A stretch of DNA of 62,470 nt, the filler included, from Circinaria calcarea (lineage: Eukaryota), in assembly GCA_051942165.1 (NCBI GenBank). It is 6 parts of 6 records of this genome, joined end to end, with 100 filler letters (N's around TTAATTAATTAA, not from the genome) between each part and the next. Parts side by side here need not be neighbours in the genome. Positions count along the whole stretch, not along the records: positions 1 to 10,351 come from JAVECS010000820.1; positions 10,452 to 20,793 come from JAVECS010000821.1; 4 more parts are not named here. The stretch is one strand, 5' to 3'. The first letter of the stretch is position 1, and every line of letters starts with the position of its first letter. Under the pieces are notes generated by a model. It was given only the letters and a program-made list of their open reading frames with translations. It made no database searches and was not told the origin of the DNA. The position numbers were made by a program, and so were the translations under genes. Shown piece after piece: positions 1 to 10,993 of the stretch.

Positions 1-1124
1 CGTTGGGCCTCCATCTCGCTGAGGGTATCATGTCGGCCAAGGTTCGGATGCTTCCGGTCTCATGGCACGAGTTGTGATCGACGACGCTATTCTATGAATA
101 CCCGTCATGAGCACATGCCTTACCCGGCAGTGCGTTCCACAATCTGGAAAGATAAGGGGTGCATGGCCATAAAGTCAAATTGCTGCCCGAAATCCGCATT
201 GCATCCAATATCCACATGGCCAGCGGAAACTTGGCCTCAACCTCGCAAATCAGTGCCGCTTCGCCTATAGTCTCTATCCGTGCCAACCCAGGTGCACTAC
301 AGAGACTACTTATGCGCATCGCTTCCTGGTATGCAGCCCGGAACCTAATGGCTGGCGAGGAAGAGCCGCAGCACGACTGGCCTACAACGACGGGGTCCCG
401 AAACATCGGACGCGAGTACCTCAAATACAAGTACAGACGTGACATGTTAGGGGCCACGAACAAAGGGTGGGGCGAACCGCATTCTACCATCTACTGCTGT
501 CATTGTCTTCCTCACTGTTAGGCTACTTGATGTAAAAACCTGACTGAATGGTATGCATCTAAACGGGGCCCTTCATCAATGATAGCTCTTCCAGGCAGGA
601 GGAAAAACTATACACACGTTTGAAAATGAACATACATAGCGCCCATCAATCGAAATACGGGAATGCCATGATTCCCCCCTGGGTTTTCAGCAATTACTCC
701 CGATTGCCTTTTGTGGCATGCGTTCTTTCGTCCCAGAGATAGCCCCTGCATCCACATCGTCCCTTGTGTTGGATTAACGAAACCATCTACCGCATCTAGG
801 TACGCTAAACCCGTCATTTGACAACTGATGCAGTGGCGCCCTGTTCAACCATTGAGGCATGCGGAAAACCTCTGAGCATGTAGCCTGTCGCCATATGTGG
901 TATGTTGTCATGGGGCCCAGCTAGAATCATCTGATTCGCATATCCGCTTGCCAATAGGATCCCTGGCCGAGGTGTAGATCGCAAACCTCGATAAATCAAG
1001 AGCTCCAGGGATCGGGCCGATCGGAGTTCGGACGCGGAGCTTGATAATTTTCGCCAAAGACGACGACAAGCCAAGTTCCGCCCTCTCCACATGATCGCTA
1101 TACCTTGATCTTCGATGCTTGCCA

Positions 1125-2082
1125 TCACCTGTATGCGGTTTTACAAACATTTGACGGATCGAATTCTTGCTTGAAAACCTCATAATCCGTCATTTGGGAA
1201 GGACTGGCATTGCCGTTGGCTTTCTCTATAGCAAAGACTATGTCGGTAAAGAACCCTTGGAATTCATTCTCAAGGAACAGTATTTCTCTCCACATGGAAG
1301 CCAGTTGCTGAACAGGATTTCGAAAGCCAGGGCCGGCGCCGAAAGCACCTAAGCACAGTTTTGGGTGTTGCCAAGAAGCGGCGATCCTCAGGACTGTCCT
1401 CATCTTTTCTTTCATGAGTTCCTTCTCCTGATCGAAGGAGTAGTCTAACCCGGACTCATCGAGCTTAGGGCGTCGTATGGGAGCAACGGAGATAACTGGT
1501 AAACGCTTGAATTCCTGCCATACGGAATAGCCCTGGTCTGGGCCCGATCGAAAGACAACTATATCTCTATCAGCCCCGCGGAGCATGACCTGCTCAAATT
1601 GATGACCTACCAACGTTAGGCGAGTACAATCCACCTTTGGAAGGTATTGGATAGTTTGTCATTTGCAATGAAGAGGTCCATGGTGTGGTAAGGCAGTGTA
1701 CAAGATTGCTTCTCCTGCACAGGTTTTCTTCAGGTGCCAAAAGCCCAGATTCCCAGTCTCCCCCAGCACGCTTCTCGTTGGCCATGTTCACAATCGGTAT
1801 GCGCACCGGTTCATCGTCTTGAAGTGACGCTCCGGGTCTGGATGCGGAGTTGCATTCAGTCTCGTACCAATCTAGCGCGACGTCCACTGGGTCACCATCA
1901 ATAACTGCCACACGAGGCCTCCTCGTGGATGCCTTCCCATCAGAGGAAGTACGGAGCTTGTCAAGTTCGACGTGCAGAGATGATCTGGTAGGGAATCCGG
2001 GCATCGTTTGTTCAATAAAAGGGAGATATATCCGCTTGGCCTCTGCAGCAATATCGGAGGGCTTTGGTTTAGCTGGAGGCAT
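1125..2082 (-). CDS. Microbial-type PARG-like macrodomain protein (DUF2263/TIGR02452 family); exons 2082-1611 and 1558-1125
   Basis: Motifs NMANEKRAGGDWESGLLAPEENLCRRSNL, YSPNV-VVFR, VISVAP and LCLGAFGAGPGFRNP. A 52-nt GTAGGT..GCTGAT..TAG intron (1610-1559) joins the two ORFs in frame. Confidence 0.8.
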
Positions 2083-3395
2083 GATTTTCAGTCACGAAGA
2101 AGTGCTACTGCGCCACTGCTATTCGTCGGATGCGTTGTTAAGATCTGCGAGAAAGTATTTGGAAATATTATAGTAATCGACGTAGAGATAATTTGGGCTT
2201 GTGGGCATTATCAGAAGATAAGCGGCGCAGCTCGAAATTCCGCAAAGCCATCCATCAAAGCATAAGCGCAAGCGGAGGTAGGGAAAAGCCCAAGTTGACG
2301 GCGAATCAAAACGAGCACTTAAGTGATAGGTCAAATAAGCTTCGAGCATTGAGACTCATAGATCAAACATGCCTTTAGCCACAGGAGCTCCTCGGCGTAT
2401 TCTACGACCTCGGAGGTCACCAATCATGCCCAACGTATGCTTGCAGCTAGACCTTGCCTCGTCCATCGGTGCACGGATCGTTGGAGAGCTAGGACCTTGG
2501 AATCTTCCAAGTATTCCATTGTTGAGGCTGAGGAGACCTAATTCTGGAGGGAGATTCGGGCCAGTGGTTAGTCTCGAGTGCAACCTTGCACTTCTAGATC
2601 TCTGCTCCAGGGCTATTCACTCAAGCCCGTACCTTGCTGCGACGGATCTGCAGCCAGGCGTCTCAAGAAAACCTCATGCAGGTCTTAGCCCTTTCAGATC
2701 CGGGTCCCAAGTCCCTGGTCTTCAGATCTGATATGAATAATACCCGTCGCTCTCGCCCGGGGGGTTGGACCAATTGGATTCTTGGGGAACATTCCGAATA
2801 TAATATCAGACAACGGCTAGCATCCGGTTGCGATTGAGACACACTATGCTCTCTGTCGTGCAACCGGGGATCCTCTTTCCCCGGTGGTGGCGTGAAGCCC
2901 TCTGCAACGCTCATACAGACGGTATTGGAGGCTTCAGCCTCGGTGGAGGGGGAATTGTCTCGGTGCAGGACCGTCGTATCGTAACTCTGCCAGATTACCC
3001 AGCACACTGGCATTGGCGCACAGAAGCCTGCCGGGTTACGAGCGCTCTTCTGCCGACGAGATGTATCACGACGACACGATCTGGAGCTAGGGATGCACCT
3101 CAGATCTGATTCTGCGCGCCGCGGGATGCGCCCAGCCATCATTGGCGGTGTGGGAGAGGAAGAGTGGTTTACGGCTGAGGTCGCTGTACCTCGGACCCTA
3201 CTCTCCATCACGCTAATTTATGATCGTACAAGGGGCTGTAGACCCGAAAGGATCGCCGCCAACGCAGCAACCTTAAATTTTACGGGCATTTCTCCTCCAC
3301 CGCTGCTATGAAGTGGTCAAGGAGAATCAATTTTAGAAAGTAGTAGAGCCTACGAGCGGTCGCAATAGGTCCTTGGCCGACTTCCTCTGGCCAGG

Positions 3396-5155
3396 ATGAG
3401 ATGGCGGTCCTTGCGACAACTCAGTCTTAATATGCGCCACCCACGACCGTCCATCTCCACCCGCAATGCTCGACGGCATCTGTCCCAACACGCCAATCTC
3501 CTCGACAACATAGCAAATATACTCGCTCTTCCACCAATCGCAGATGGCTTTGCGCCGCGTAAGGTGGAGGTGACAGCGCACGTAAGGACAATCAGAAACC
3601 AAAAGCGCCACTCTTTTGTCGAACTTGGAGATGGGTCCACTATACATTCCCTCCAAGCGGTACTGAGCCCATCACAAGCTGCCAGGTACGTTCCCACCGG
3701 TAAACCCGTCCTCGACGTAACACAGGAGGACTAATCTCCTAGGAATGTAGCCTTGGCACAGGTACTGCCGTGACGGTTTCTGGACGATGGTTACCATCTC
3801 CACCAGGAAAAGAGCAGTCTTATGAACTACATGCGGACGAAGTCAAAGTCATCGGAGTTACAGACGCAGAAGTTAGTGGAATTTGTGTTGAATCATGCAT
3901 GTATCCGATTGGTAGATATTAAATGCTGACCGTAACCCTATGGAAGGCATACCCGATTCAAAAGAAATATCATAGCGCTGAATTCCTCCGCACTATTCCA
4001 CATCTCAGGCTGAGGACTCCAATTAACGGATTGCTAGCGAGGCTGAGGTCTGATTGTGATTTTCACATTGCCAGCTTCTTTCGAGCTCGTCAGTTCATCC
4101 GCCTTCAGCCTCCAATCATTACATCCTCGGACTGCGAAGGTGCTGGCGAGGTCTTTTCCGTATTCTCTGGTAAGGCGCAGGATGGGAAAGCCGAAGGGCC
4201 CCAGAGAGTATCAAATTCAGAAGACGAATTCTTTCGGACCGCTAAGTTTCTTACGGTGTCTTCCCAGCTTCACCTTGAGGCTTTCGTGCATGAACATCAT
4301 AAGGTTTGGACGCTTTCTCCAACATTCCGTGCAGAGAAAAGCGACACCCCCAGACATCTTAGCGAGTTTTACATGCTCGAGGCAGAGTTAAGGACCGAAA
4401 GCCTGCAAGATGTGATGGACGTGGTCGAGGATTTGATCCGCTCACTGGCTGTCAACGTGCGGAAATCTGTCGTCGGCCAAGAACTATTAGCCGTCAGATA
4501 TACAGCGGATTCTGAACACGGCAAGTCAAGCTTCACAAGATCTGAGGTAATAAAAAGTCGTTGGCAAGGTTTAGAGAGGAGACTATGGCCTCGTGTGCCG
4601 TACAACAAAGCAATAGAACTGTTGCAGGCAGCAGTTGATGCCAAAGAAGTAACGTTTCGGTACGAGCCGTTATGGGATGCGGGCTTGCAACTTGAGCATG
4701 AGAAATTCCTTGCTGCTGAAATCGGGCAAGGAAGCCCAGTTTTCATTACAGATTACCCTCAACTAGTGAAGCCATTTTACATGCCCCCTTCAACATTGCA
4801 TAGCTTTAGCGGGCAGAAAACTCCCTCTACCGTCTCCTGCTTTGACCTACTGTTACCAGAGGTTTGTGAGGTGGTCGGTGGCTCGCTGCGAGAGCATCGT
4901 TTGGAAGCTTTGTTGCAATCCATGCGAGAGCATGGAATGCAAAAACATGTACAGAGCAAGCCCGGATTCGAAGATCAAATGGTTGGCGAAGGGTTAGGGA
5001 ACCTTGACTGGTACGTTGACTTACGTCGATTCGGGAGCGTTCCCCACGGAGGATTTGGTTTAGGTTTTGACCGGCTTATTGGTTATCTTGCCGGGATTGA
5101 TAACGTTCGTGACGTGGTCCCTTGGCCACGATATTATGGCAAATGCGATTGTTAA
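3396..5155 (+). CDS. SLM5: Asparaginyl-tRNA synthetase, mitochondrial type; exons 3396-3685, 3751-3871, 3947-5155
   Basis: Arg-rich N-terminal presequence, OB-fold (FVELGDGS), DCEGAGEVF, FRAEKSDTPRHLSEFYMLEAE and PHGGFGLGFDR motifs. Both introns are canonical and keep the frame. Confidence 0.92.
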
Positions 5156-6825
5156 TGGACAGCCACTTTGACTCGCAGCGGTCGCTGATACTAGTGTCTC
5201 GTTGCCGACATAAAGAGCTGCACTCGGCCATGTACGCTCCCGTTCCTGGGTTATGGTCTGGTTGCGACCTAAGTAGTCTTTATGCTGATCGTATTCTCCT
5301 GTCGATACCTCGACATCAGGTCCACCGATGGTAATGTCCACTCGATACGAATCTCACATCAAGTCCTACCTTGCCCCCCTTACTAGGACAGCGAAGGTAC
5401 GGCGTTCTCTATCTAACTCCGATAGGGTCGATATTGCGTTAGCTTATCCATGTCGGATGCGCTTACATAAGCCATACCAGCTTTGTTCGCCGCCTCTAGG
5501 TTTAAGTCGTCTCTCAATGGGTACTAGAAAACATCTATAGTCCACCAGACCTTTCTTCATCGTGGGAGATATCTAGAAATTTAGCTGTATAAGTAGCTGT
5601 ATACCATTAATAATGAATAGACCGGTAATGCCATTCGCGCGTACTACCACCACATCCCAATGACGTTTTGACAAGCAGAGTACTTTCTCCCTCGTTTGGT
5701 ATTAGAGTCATCCCTACGCACGTAAGATATGAATTGCGGAAGAATTGTCGCATGACTTGCCATGACCGTGGTGGGGCGTATTAATAGCTCGAGGCGGAGT
5801 GAACGGGCTTCCGGATAAGACTACCCTTATGCTTAAAAAGGCTTGAAGCTAAAAGTTGGAGCGGGGGCCTCGGTAATAATTCAGCGATCCTTTATCTTTG
5901 TTATTTCAGTTTGAAATTGTTGTCGAGTTACACGGGGAGGTGAGGGTTTGCCGCATCCTATATACGAAGCCATGTTATTCCATCGTCAGCTATTGCGTAA
6001 GGCATCAGCGACCTTCAATGGTCAGACAATCGAGTGGATATGAAAGGGCCAACATACATGACGCTCAATGTGACTGTATCCACCGGAGTCCTATCAGCTT
6101 ACTCAGACGCCTAATAAAGTGCGGGTAGCCTTACCCATGAGTGACCGCTTCTGGGTTCGTATTGGCTACAGGTCAAAGTAACATTCGAGCTGCTGAAGCC
6201 GGCATGACACTGTATGCTGACGCGGCCCAGTGCAAAGCTGTGCATTCCAAGAATGACAATCCCTATAAATGATAATGTCTCATCCATGGTCGTAGCGAGA
6301 TGGTTTGGGATAAATGAGCGATGTACCCACATCTAACATGAGCTGATCTTCGATAATAGCGATACCGTCTGCCATCCATTACCCGTACCGTCCTCGCAGG
6401 AGTCCTTTGCCCGCCGCAGCAATCTGTATGCCGCAAGGAGGGACCATTGGCTAGCGGGCTTTGAGCATTCGATGTAGCAGCCTCCTCTGTAGAATGGAAC
6501 CAGGCACCGAAATGGGATGGATCTTCAACGCGGTACTTTATCTGAGAATGCTAACTAAGCCCTCTGCTTGGCTATCGCAATCCTCGCAATGGTACTCGCG
6601 AGGGCAGCCCGTTGATTGGAGCAATTTAGGGTTCTGTGGCGTTATTACGCTTAAATTGATTCACTTTAGAGGGTTTTGAGTTTGGGACGCCTTTCCCAGA
6701 ACACAGTAATCATCCCGTATTTGATTATTTCAGTCTAGTCGCCTCGGACAGACGAACTCGAATGAAGGTTTGGCCACTTTCCCAACGGGGAAAGACCTCG
6801 ATGTGGCCAGCCCTGATAATGGGCT

Positions 6826-6854
6826 CGAGACCGGCGAGACCGGCGAGACCGGCG
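6826..6854 (+). repeat. Tandem repeat (CGAGACCGG)x3 upstream of the pac2-like gene
   Basis: Read directly: cgagaccgg cgagaccgg cgagaccgg cg. Confidence 0.85.
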
Positions 6855-7669
6855 TGGAAAGTCTTTCGTGCTAATGGTCAATGACGGCGTCCCGGTCAAG
6901 CATTTCTCGTGCGGCGCATATGTGCTGTTCAGCCCTTACTCTTATGCACGCGTCTGGGTGAAGGGTGCGCAATACAGCAACCGGTCGTCCGTAGTCCAAT
7001 TACTCTAAAAAGAGCCTATCTCATCTTCTTGGGGGCTAAAAGAGCGGACTAGCCGGCATAAGGATCTTAGTGGCTAGTCTAAACGGGACGCTAGCGACAA
7101 ATAATAAGCTTGAATCTCGCGTCAGTTCGATTGAGAAGGCCACTAGTCTCAAGTCAAACATCGTAATCGCCAATCCCGTCAAGGTGAGGTAATTTATAGT
7201 AAGCCTTTTTGGCCCTTACTACTACTAGGGTACCGTACCGAGAATTGGGGACGACTCTTCCCTCCTCAACTCCTTGACTCGTGCAGCTTAACGCTCCAAC
7301 ATCGTTTCCATCCTCTTTCGTTGACTTGCAAGCTGTTGTAGTTTCATTGCCTGCCGGTGTTGTTTTGCGACCATCATAACACCTGGGCGCAGTGTACACT
7401 GGTGTGTTGCAGTATTCGCGAGGCGCCACGCATCGTCCTTTCTTCCTACACTCCGTGCAACACACATCCCAACCTTGGCGACATCTGCCTGCCCTTGCCC
7501 CTTCTCAAACCAAAAACGAAACCTCGAAGCACTCAATCCAACGAGAATAACCATCAGCCGTCTCGTTTGACCGTTCCCATATTATCAAAGCTTTATTACT
7601 TTGTAGGGTGTAACACTGGTTTAACTCCCAAAATCATCGAGGAGAATCACTTGTTGAAAATTTCTTCCG

Positions 7670-7829
7670 GTATGTCCAATTGCTCTATGATTTTGCGGAT
7701 AACTCCGCCGAACGAGGATACTCTCACTCATCACGCGAGCATCTCTTGACTGTACATCTGCACAGTCATTCCTTCTCACGTGTTTTTATATGTTGCAGCA
7801 TATGAAGGAATGCTGACAAGCACTGTCAG
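7670..7829 (+). other. Predicted 5'-UTR intron of the pac2-like gene
   Basis: GTATGT donor at 7670, GCTGAC branch site and CAG acceptor at 7829, 117 nt upstream of the ATG. Confidence 0.55.
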
Positions 7830-7946
7830 ATTTCTTACTTCTTTTCTTGGTAATGCATTGAGCTGCGCTCTCTGTTACAAGGGAATCAACATTAACGCTC
7901 GACAACAATTCCTTTAATATTCTAATTCAACTCACGAACTAACGTT

Positions 7947-9374
7947 ATGGAAACATACAATGGTCACGTACGGACTCCGGCGGACGCCATAATCCTCTTC
8001 GAAGCGTGTCGTCTCGGTCTCCTCCCGCGGGTGCAGCGACGGCTGTCTGAGAAAGAGCGTCAGTCAATAAAATCGGGCTCGGTATTTGTTTGGGATGAGC
8101 GAGAAGCAGGTATGAGAAGGTGGACTGACGGGAAATCATGGAGCGCAAGCCGGGTCTCGGGAAGCTTTTTGACGTATAGGGAGATGGAGGGAAAGCGCGG
8201 TGGCAATGGGTTTGCACCTCCATTAGCCGCTTCGAGGGCAGGAAAGACTCCGGACAGTACACGAGGAAGTGACTCGGACTTGGAACTGGCTGGGGACGAT
8301 GGACCTGACGGATATCGGTATAAGCCAGACGGACTGATGAAACAATCTTTCAGCATCACAACATCTAGTGGGAACCATCTCCATCTCATTAGCTACTACG
8401 CACGGTCCCATCCAGCCGCCCCAAGCCTAACACAACCCACCAATGATCCAGCCCTTAGACACATTCGCCCCCAGAAAGGCATGTATCCGGAATCGACAGT
8501 ACACGAACAACAGAACATTCCAGCGGTCACACGTTCTCCAATGGTGAGTGGTCCTCTGGCTCAAGTACCTCAAATGGCAGGTTACGCTCGCTCTGGTCCC
8601 AGCCATCCTCTCAGCTACACGCAGCCAGGTTATGGCTGGCCGTCGCCCCCGGCATCCATACACAATGGGTACGGGTTTCAGTACACACCAAGCAGCCTCT
8701 CACCACCGCCACCCCCCAATTACACTAATCATTCGCCGCTCGCCTATTCTCAAAACATGGCACCGACGTCACAACCACCTTGTCCCGTTTCATACGGGAG
8801 AAGTTCTACACCCCCTGCTGATAATCATCTAACTCATCCTGGGCACACTTCTCACCACCGAAACACAAGCTCCGGAAGCAACTATTCCCAATACCTATCG
8901 AACTCTTCCCCACGCGCTGCACAACCCGGCACCCTGATTGCACAACAGCAGCCACCACAGCCTCTGTCGCAGCAACAACAGGTATACCTCCAAAGTCCAT
9001 CATCAACTCCACCATTGTCCAAAATTGATCCACGACTGATGGCTCCCTCGCCTCTTTCCCAACAACAGATATTGCATGAGATCAGCAAACCGAGGACTCC
9101 ATCTCCAGCTCAGCCCAAACGAGAGTGCTCAGGCACCCCTATTCCCAGAGAAGGAGGGATTTCTCAAGCCAGCACAATCCCGAGCATTGGCGCTCTAATG
9201 AACGAATCTCCTGTGGACAATATGGATGCTCGAAGCGATCGGAGCGCTCGATCGAGCAGCAGAAGTCCTGGAGGAACAAAGAAGGAAGGTCCACAAGACA
9301 TACCGAGCGAAAAGCTGGGGTTTGGTGAGGATATGAGGGCTTTGCGAGTATTGGATCGTGCTTTCAAAACCTGA
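7947..9374 (+). CDS. pac2: Gti1/Pac2 (WOPR-domain) transcription factor, Pac2 type
   Basis: METYNGHVRTPADAIILFEAC..IKSGSVFVWDE..RWTDGKSWSASR..LMKQSFS..HLISYY WOPR boxes, followed by a P/S/Q-rich disordered tail. Confidence 0.93.
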   Translation: METYNGHVRTPADAIILFEACRLGLLPRVQRRLSEKERQSIKSGSVFVWDEREAGMRRWTDGKSWSASRVSGSFLTYREMEGKRGGNGFAPPLAASRAGKTPDSTRGSDSDLELAGDDGPDGYRYKPDGLMKQSFSITTSSGNHLHLISYYARSHPAAPSLTQPTNDPALRHIRPQKGMYPESTVHEQQNIPAVTRSPMVSGPLAQVPQMAGYARSGPSHPLSYTQPGYGWPSPPASIHNGYGFQYTPSSLSPPPPPNYTNHSPLAYSQNMAPTSQPPCPVSYGRSSTPPADNHLTHPGHTSHHRNTSSGSNYSQYLSNSSPRAAQPGTLIAQQQPPQPLSQQQQVYLQSPSSTPPLSKIDPRLMAPSPLSQQQILHEISKPRTPSPAQPKRECSGTPIPREGGISQASTIPSIGALMNESPVDNMDARSDRSARSSSRSPGGTKKEGPQDIPSEKLGFGEDMRALRVLDRAFKT

Positions 9375-10149
9375 TTACAGCAATGGGATAGGAGCGAACC
9401 AAGAGAACCATGGAGAACTGGAGCGGATGAGGAGAACCACATAGTAATGAAGCAAACCTGAGATATTTAGAGCTTGTTGCGATTGTCTATTTCTGTGCGG
9501 ATATTTGCTGGGTTAGTCATGGTGTGACAGGGGTAGGAATTGCACAGAAGCTTCGATGGCCTTGTTATGTGGTACGATCGTCACGACGGAGTTCAAGATG
9601 GGATCAAAATCGGATGGCATCGCGAAGAGGATGTGCTATAGAACTAATCTTCCCAAATCAGCCAGCATAATGGAACGCTCTCAAGGACGTGGAGAGCTCG
9701 CGATGGAGAGCATTGCCGATTCAGCAGGTCCTTTAGATAGCGCATGGAGGTTAGGAAGATGGAAAAAGTCGCTTCGATAATGAAGGGTTTAATGGTACAC
9801 ATGGATTGTCATATACATCTTCGCTGGATAATGTTCTAGTCAAGGTCGCTCTCGGTTAGATACTCAAAAGCACCGTTATATCCTCTGAAGGTGATACCCC
9901 AGGATTCCATTTTACTGCCCCTAACGCCGCCAGCATACTTCCTCAACAGAGCTTCCGGTTTTTCTACTATGCTGGTCCGCTCATGAAGGGCTTCGTGTCG
10001 CCACTCGTCAGGTCGAGGGCAGGTTCCACAATGGGCCCTAAGCTGGTGAGCTACTTGACAGGCATACGCGGTAGAAACAAACGGACTTAATGGGAGGACG
10101 CATCATTCGCCGTGAACGTAGAGATACAGGACCCATGAACTCCCTATAA

Positions 10150-10284
10150 TCACCGCGCCAACCCCCCCGGACCCTGCGGCGGTCCCATTCCTTCTGGCAT
10201 CGGTCTCGCTCCTTCTGCCCGTAGTTTCTCCAACGTCTGCTTTTTGTTATGTTCCATGACTCTCCGTTGCCGAAAATAAGTCAC
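10150..10284 (-). CDS. Terminal exon of an unidentified gene truncated by the contig end (VTYFRQRRVMEHNKKQTLEKLRAEG...)
   Basis: GCTAAC branch site and CAG acceptor at 10285, followed by an open, protein-like frame to the stop at 10150. Confidence 0.5.
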   Translation of the reverse strand: MTYFRQRRVMEHNKKQTLEKLRAEGARPMPEGMGPPQGPGGLAR

Positions 10285-10351
10285 CTGCATCCATGCCATC
10301 TCCAACGTTAGCCCCTGCTCCCCATGTACCAAAACGGTGTCTCCCCGGGTC

Positions 10352-10451
10352 NNNNNNNNNNNNNNNNNNNNNNNNNNNNNNNNNNNNNNNNNNNNTTAAT
10401 TAATTAANNNNNNNNNNNNNNNNNNNNNNNNNNNNNNNNNNNNNNNNNNNN
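10352..10451. other. Artificial contig spacer (N44-TTAATTAATTAA-N44)
   Basis: Identical 100-nt linker carrying stops in all six frames. Confidence 0.98.
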
Positions 10452-10609
10452 ATAATAACCATATATATCATAAAACTTCACATATTAAATATGATTTTAT
10501 AATCAAAATCCTATAGAATAATTAGAGACTATCCTATCTATACGTTGAAAAAATTAAATATATATAACGCATAAATAACGCGGATCTGAGAAAATTACGC
10601 GATTTTGCG

Positions 10610-10691
10610 CTCAGACGTGTGCAGCCGAGAGGTATTAGTAATCCTCGGATCGGCTCGCTAACCCGCTCGGGGCTATCGCCACACGTCTGAG
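10610..10691. repeat. Perfect 12-bp inverted repeat enclosing nested stems
   Basis: CTCAGACGTGTG (10610-10621) and CACACGTCTGAG (10680-10691), with internal AGCCGA/TCGGCT and CCGAG/CTCGG pairings. Confidence 0.75.
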
Positions 10692-10993
10692 AACTGAGGC
10701 AATCAAGAAGTCCTGATAAGCCCTGCATTATGTAATCAAGCTAGTCCCATTTCTACTTACGCGGCTATTATTCCTTTGTACAGATATTAAGCCCAGTTAT
10801 TTCCTAGGGAAACTTTATGGCTCCGTCCCGCACATAAAACCCTGTACCGGATGCTCCAATTCAAGTCTACTGGCAAGCAGCTGGCCTATAAAGCCGACTC
10901 CAAATTGGCATTGGTAACACGAATCCCCAATCTCATTTCAGGATACGTTGGTTTTATCCATAGAATCATCACTTTATAAGACTTTTTGACGGC

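Noticed and set aside
1..1120. Overlapping 60-130 aa ORFs on both strands at the window start
   Set aside because: No recognisable motifs and no consistent splice model.
2200..3390. ORFs between the PARG-like and AsnRS genes (e.g. 2663-3211 minus)
   Set aside because: R/S/P-rich, non-protein-like translations. Splice-like signals exist on the minus strand but give no convincing product; more likely UTR or promoter DNA.
10396..10407. TTAATTAATTAA recurring every ~10.4 kb as a biological repeat or CRISPR-like array
   Set aside because: Always centred in exactly 44+44 Ns; it is a six-frame-stop linker added when contigs were joined.
10580..10760. TPP riboswitch or hammerhead ribozyme suggested by CTGAGA motifs and hairpins
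   Set aside because: The conserved TPP 3' half (TGAT..G.TAAT...GCG.A) and the hammerhead CTGATGA/GAAA core are not present in the right arrangement.
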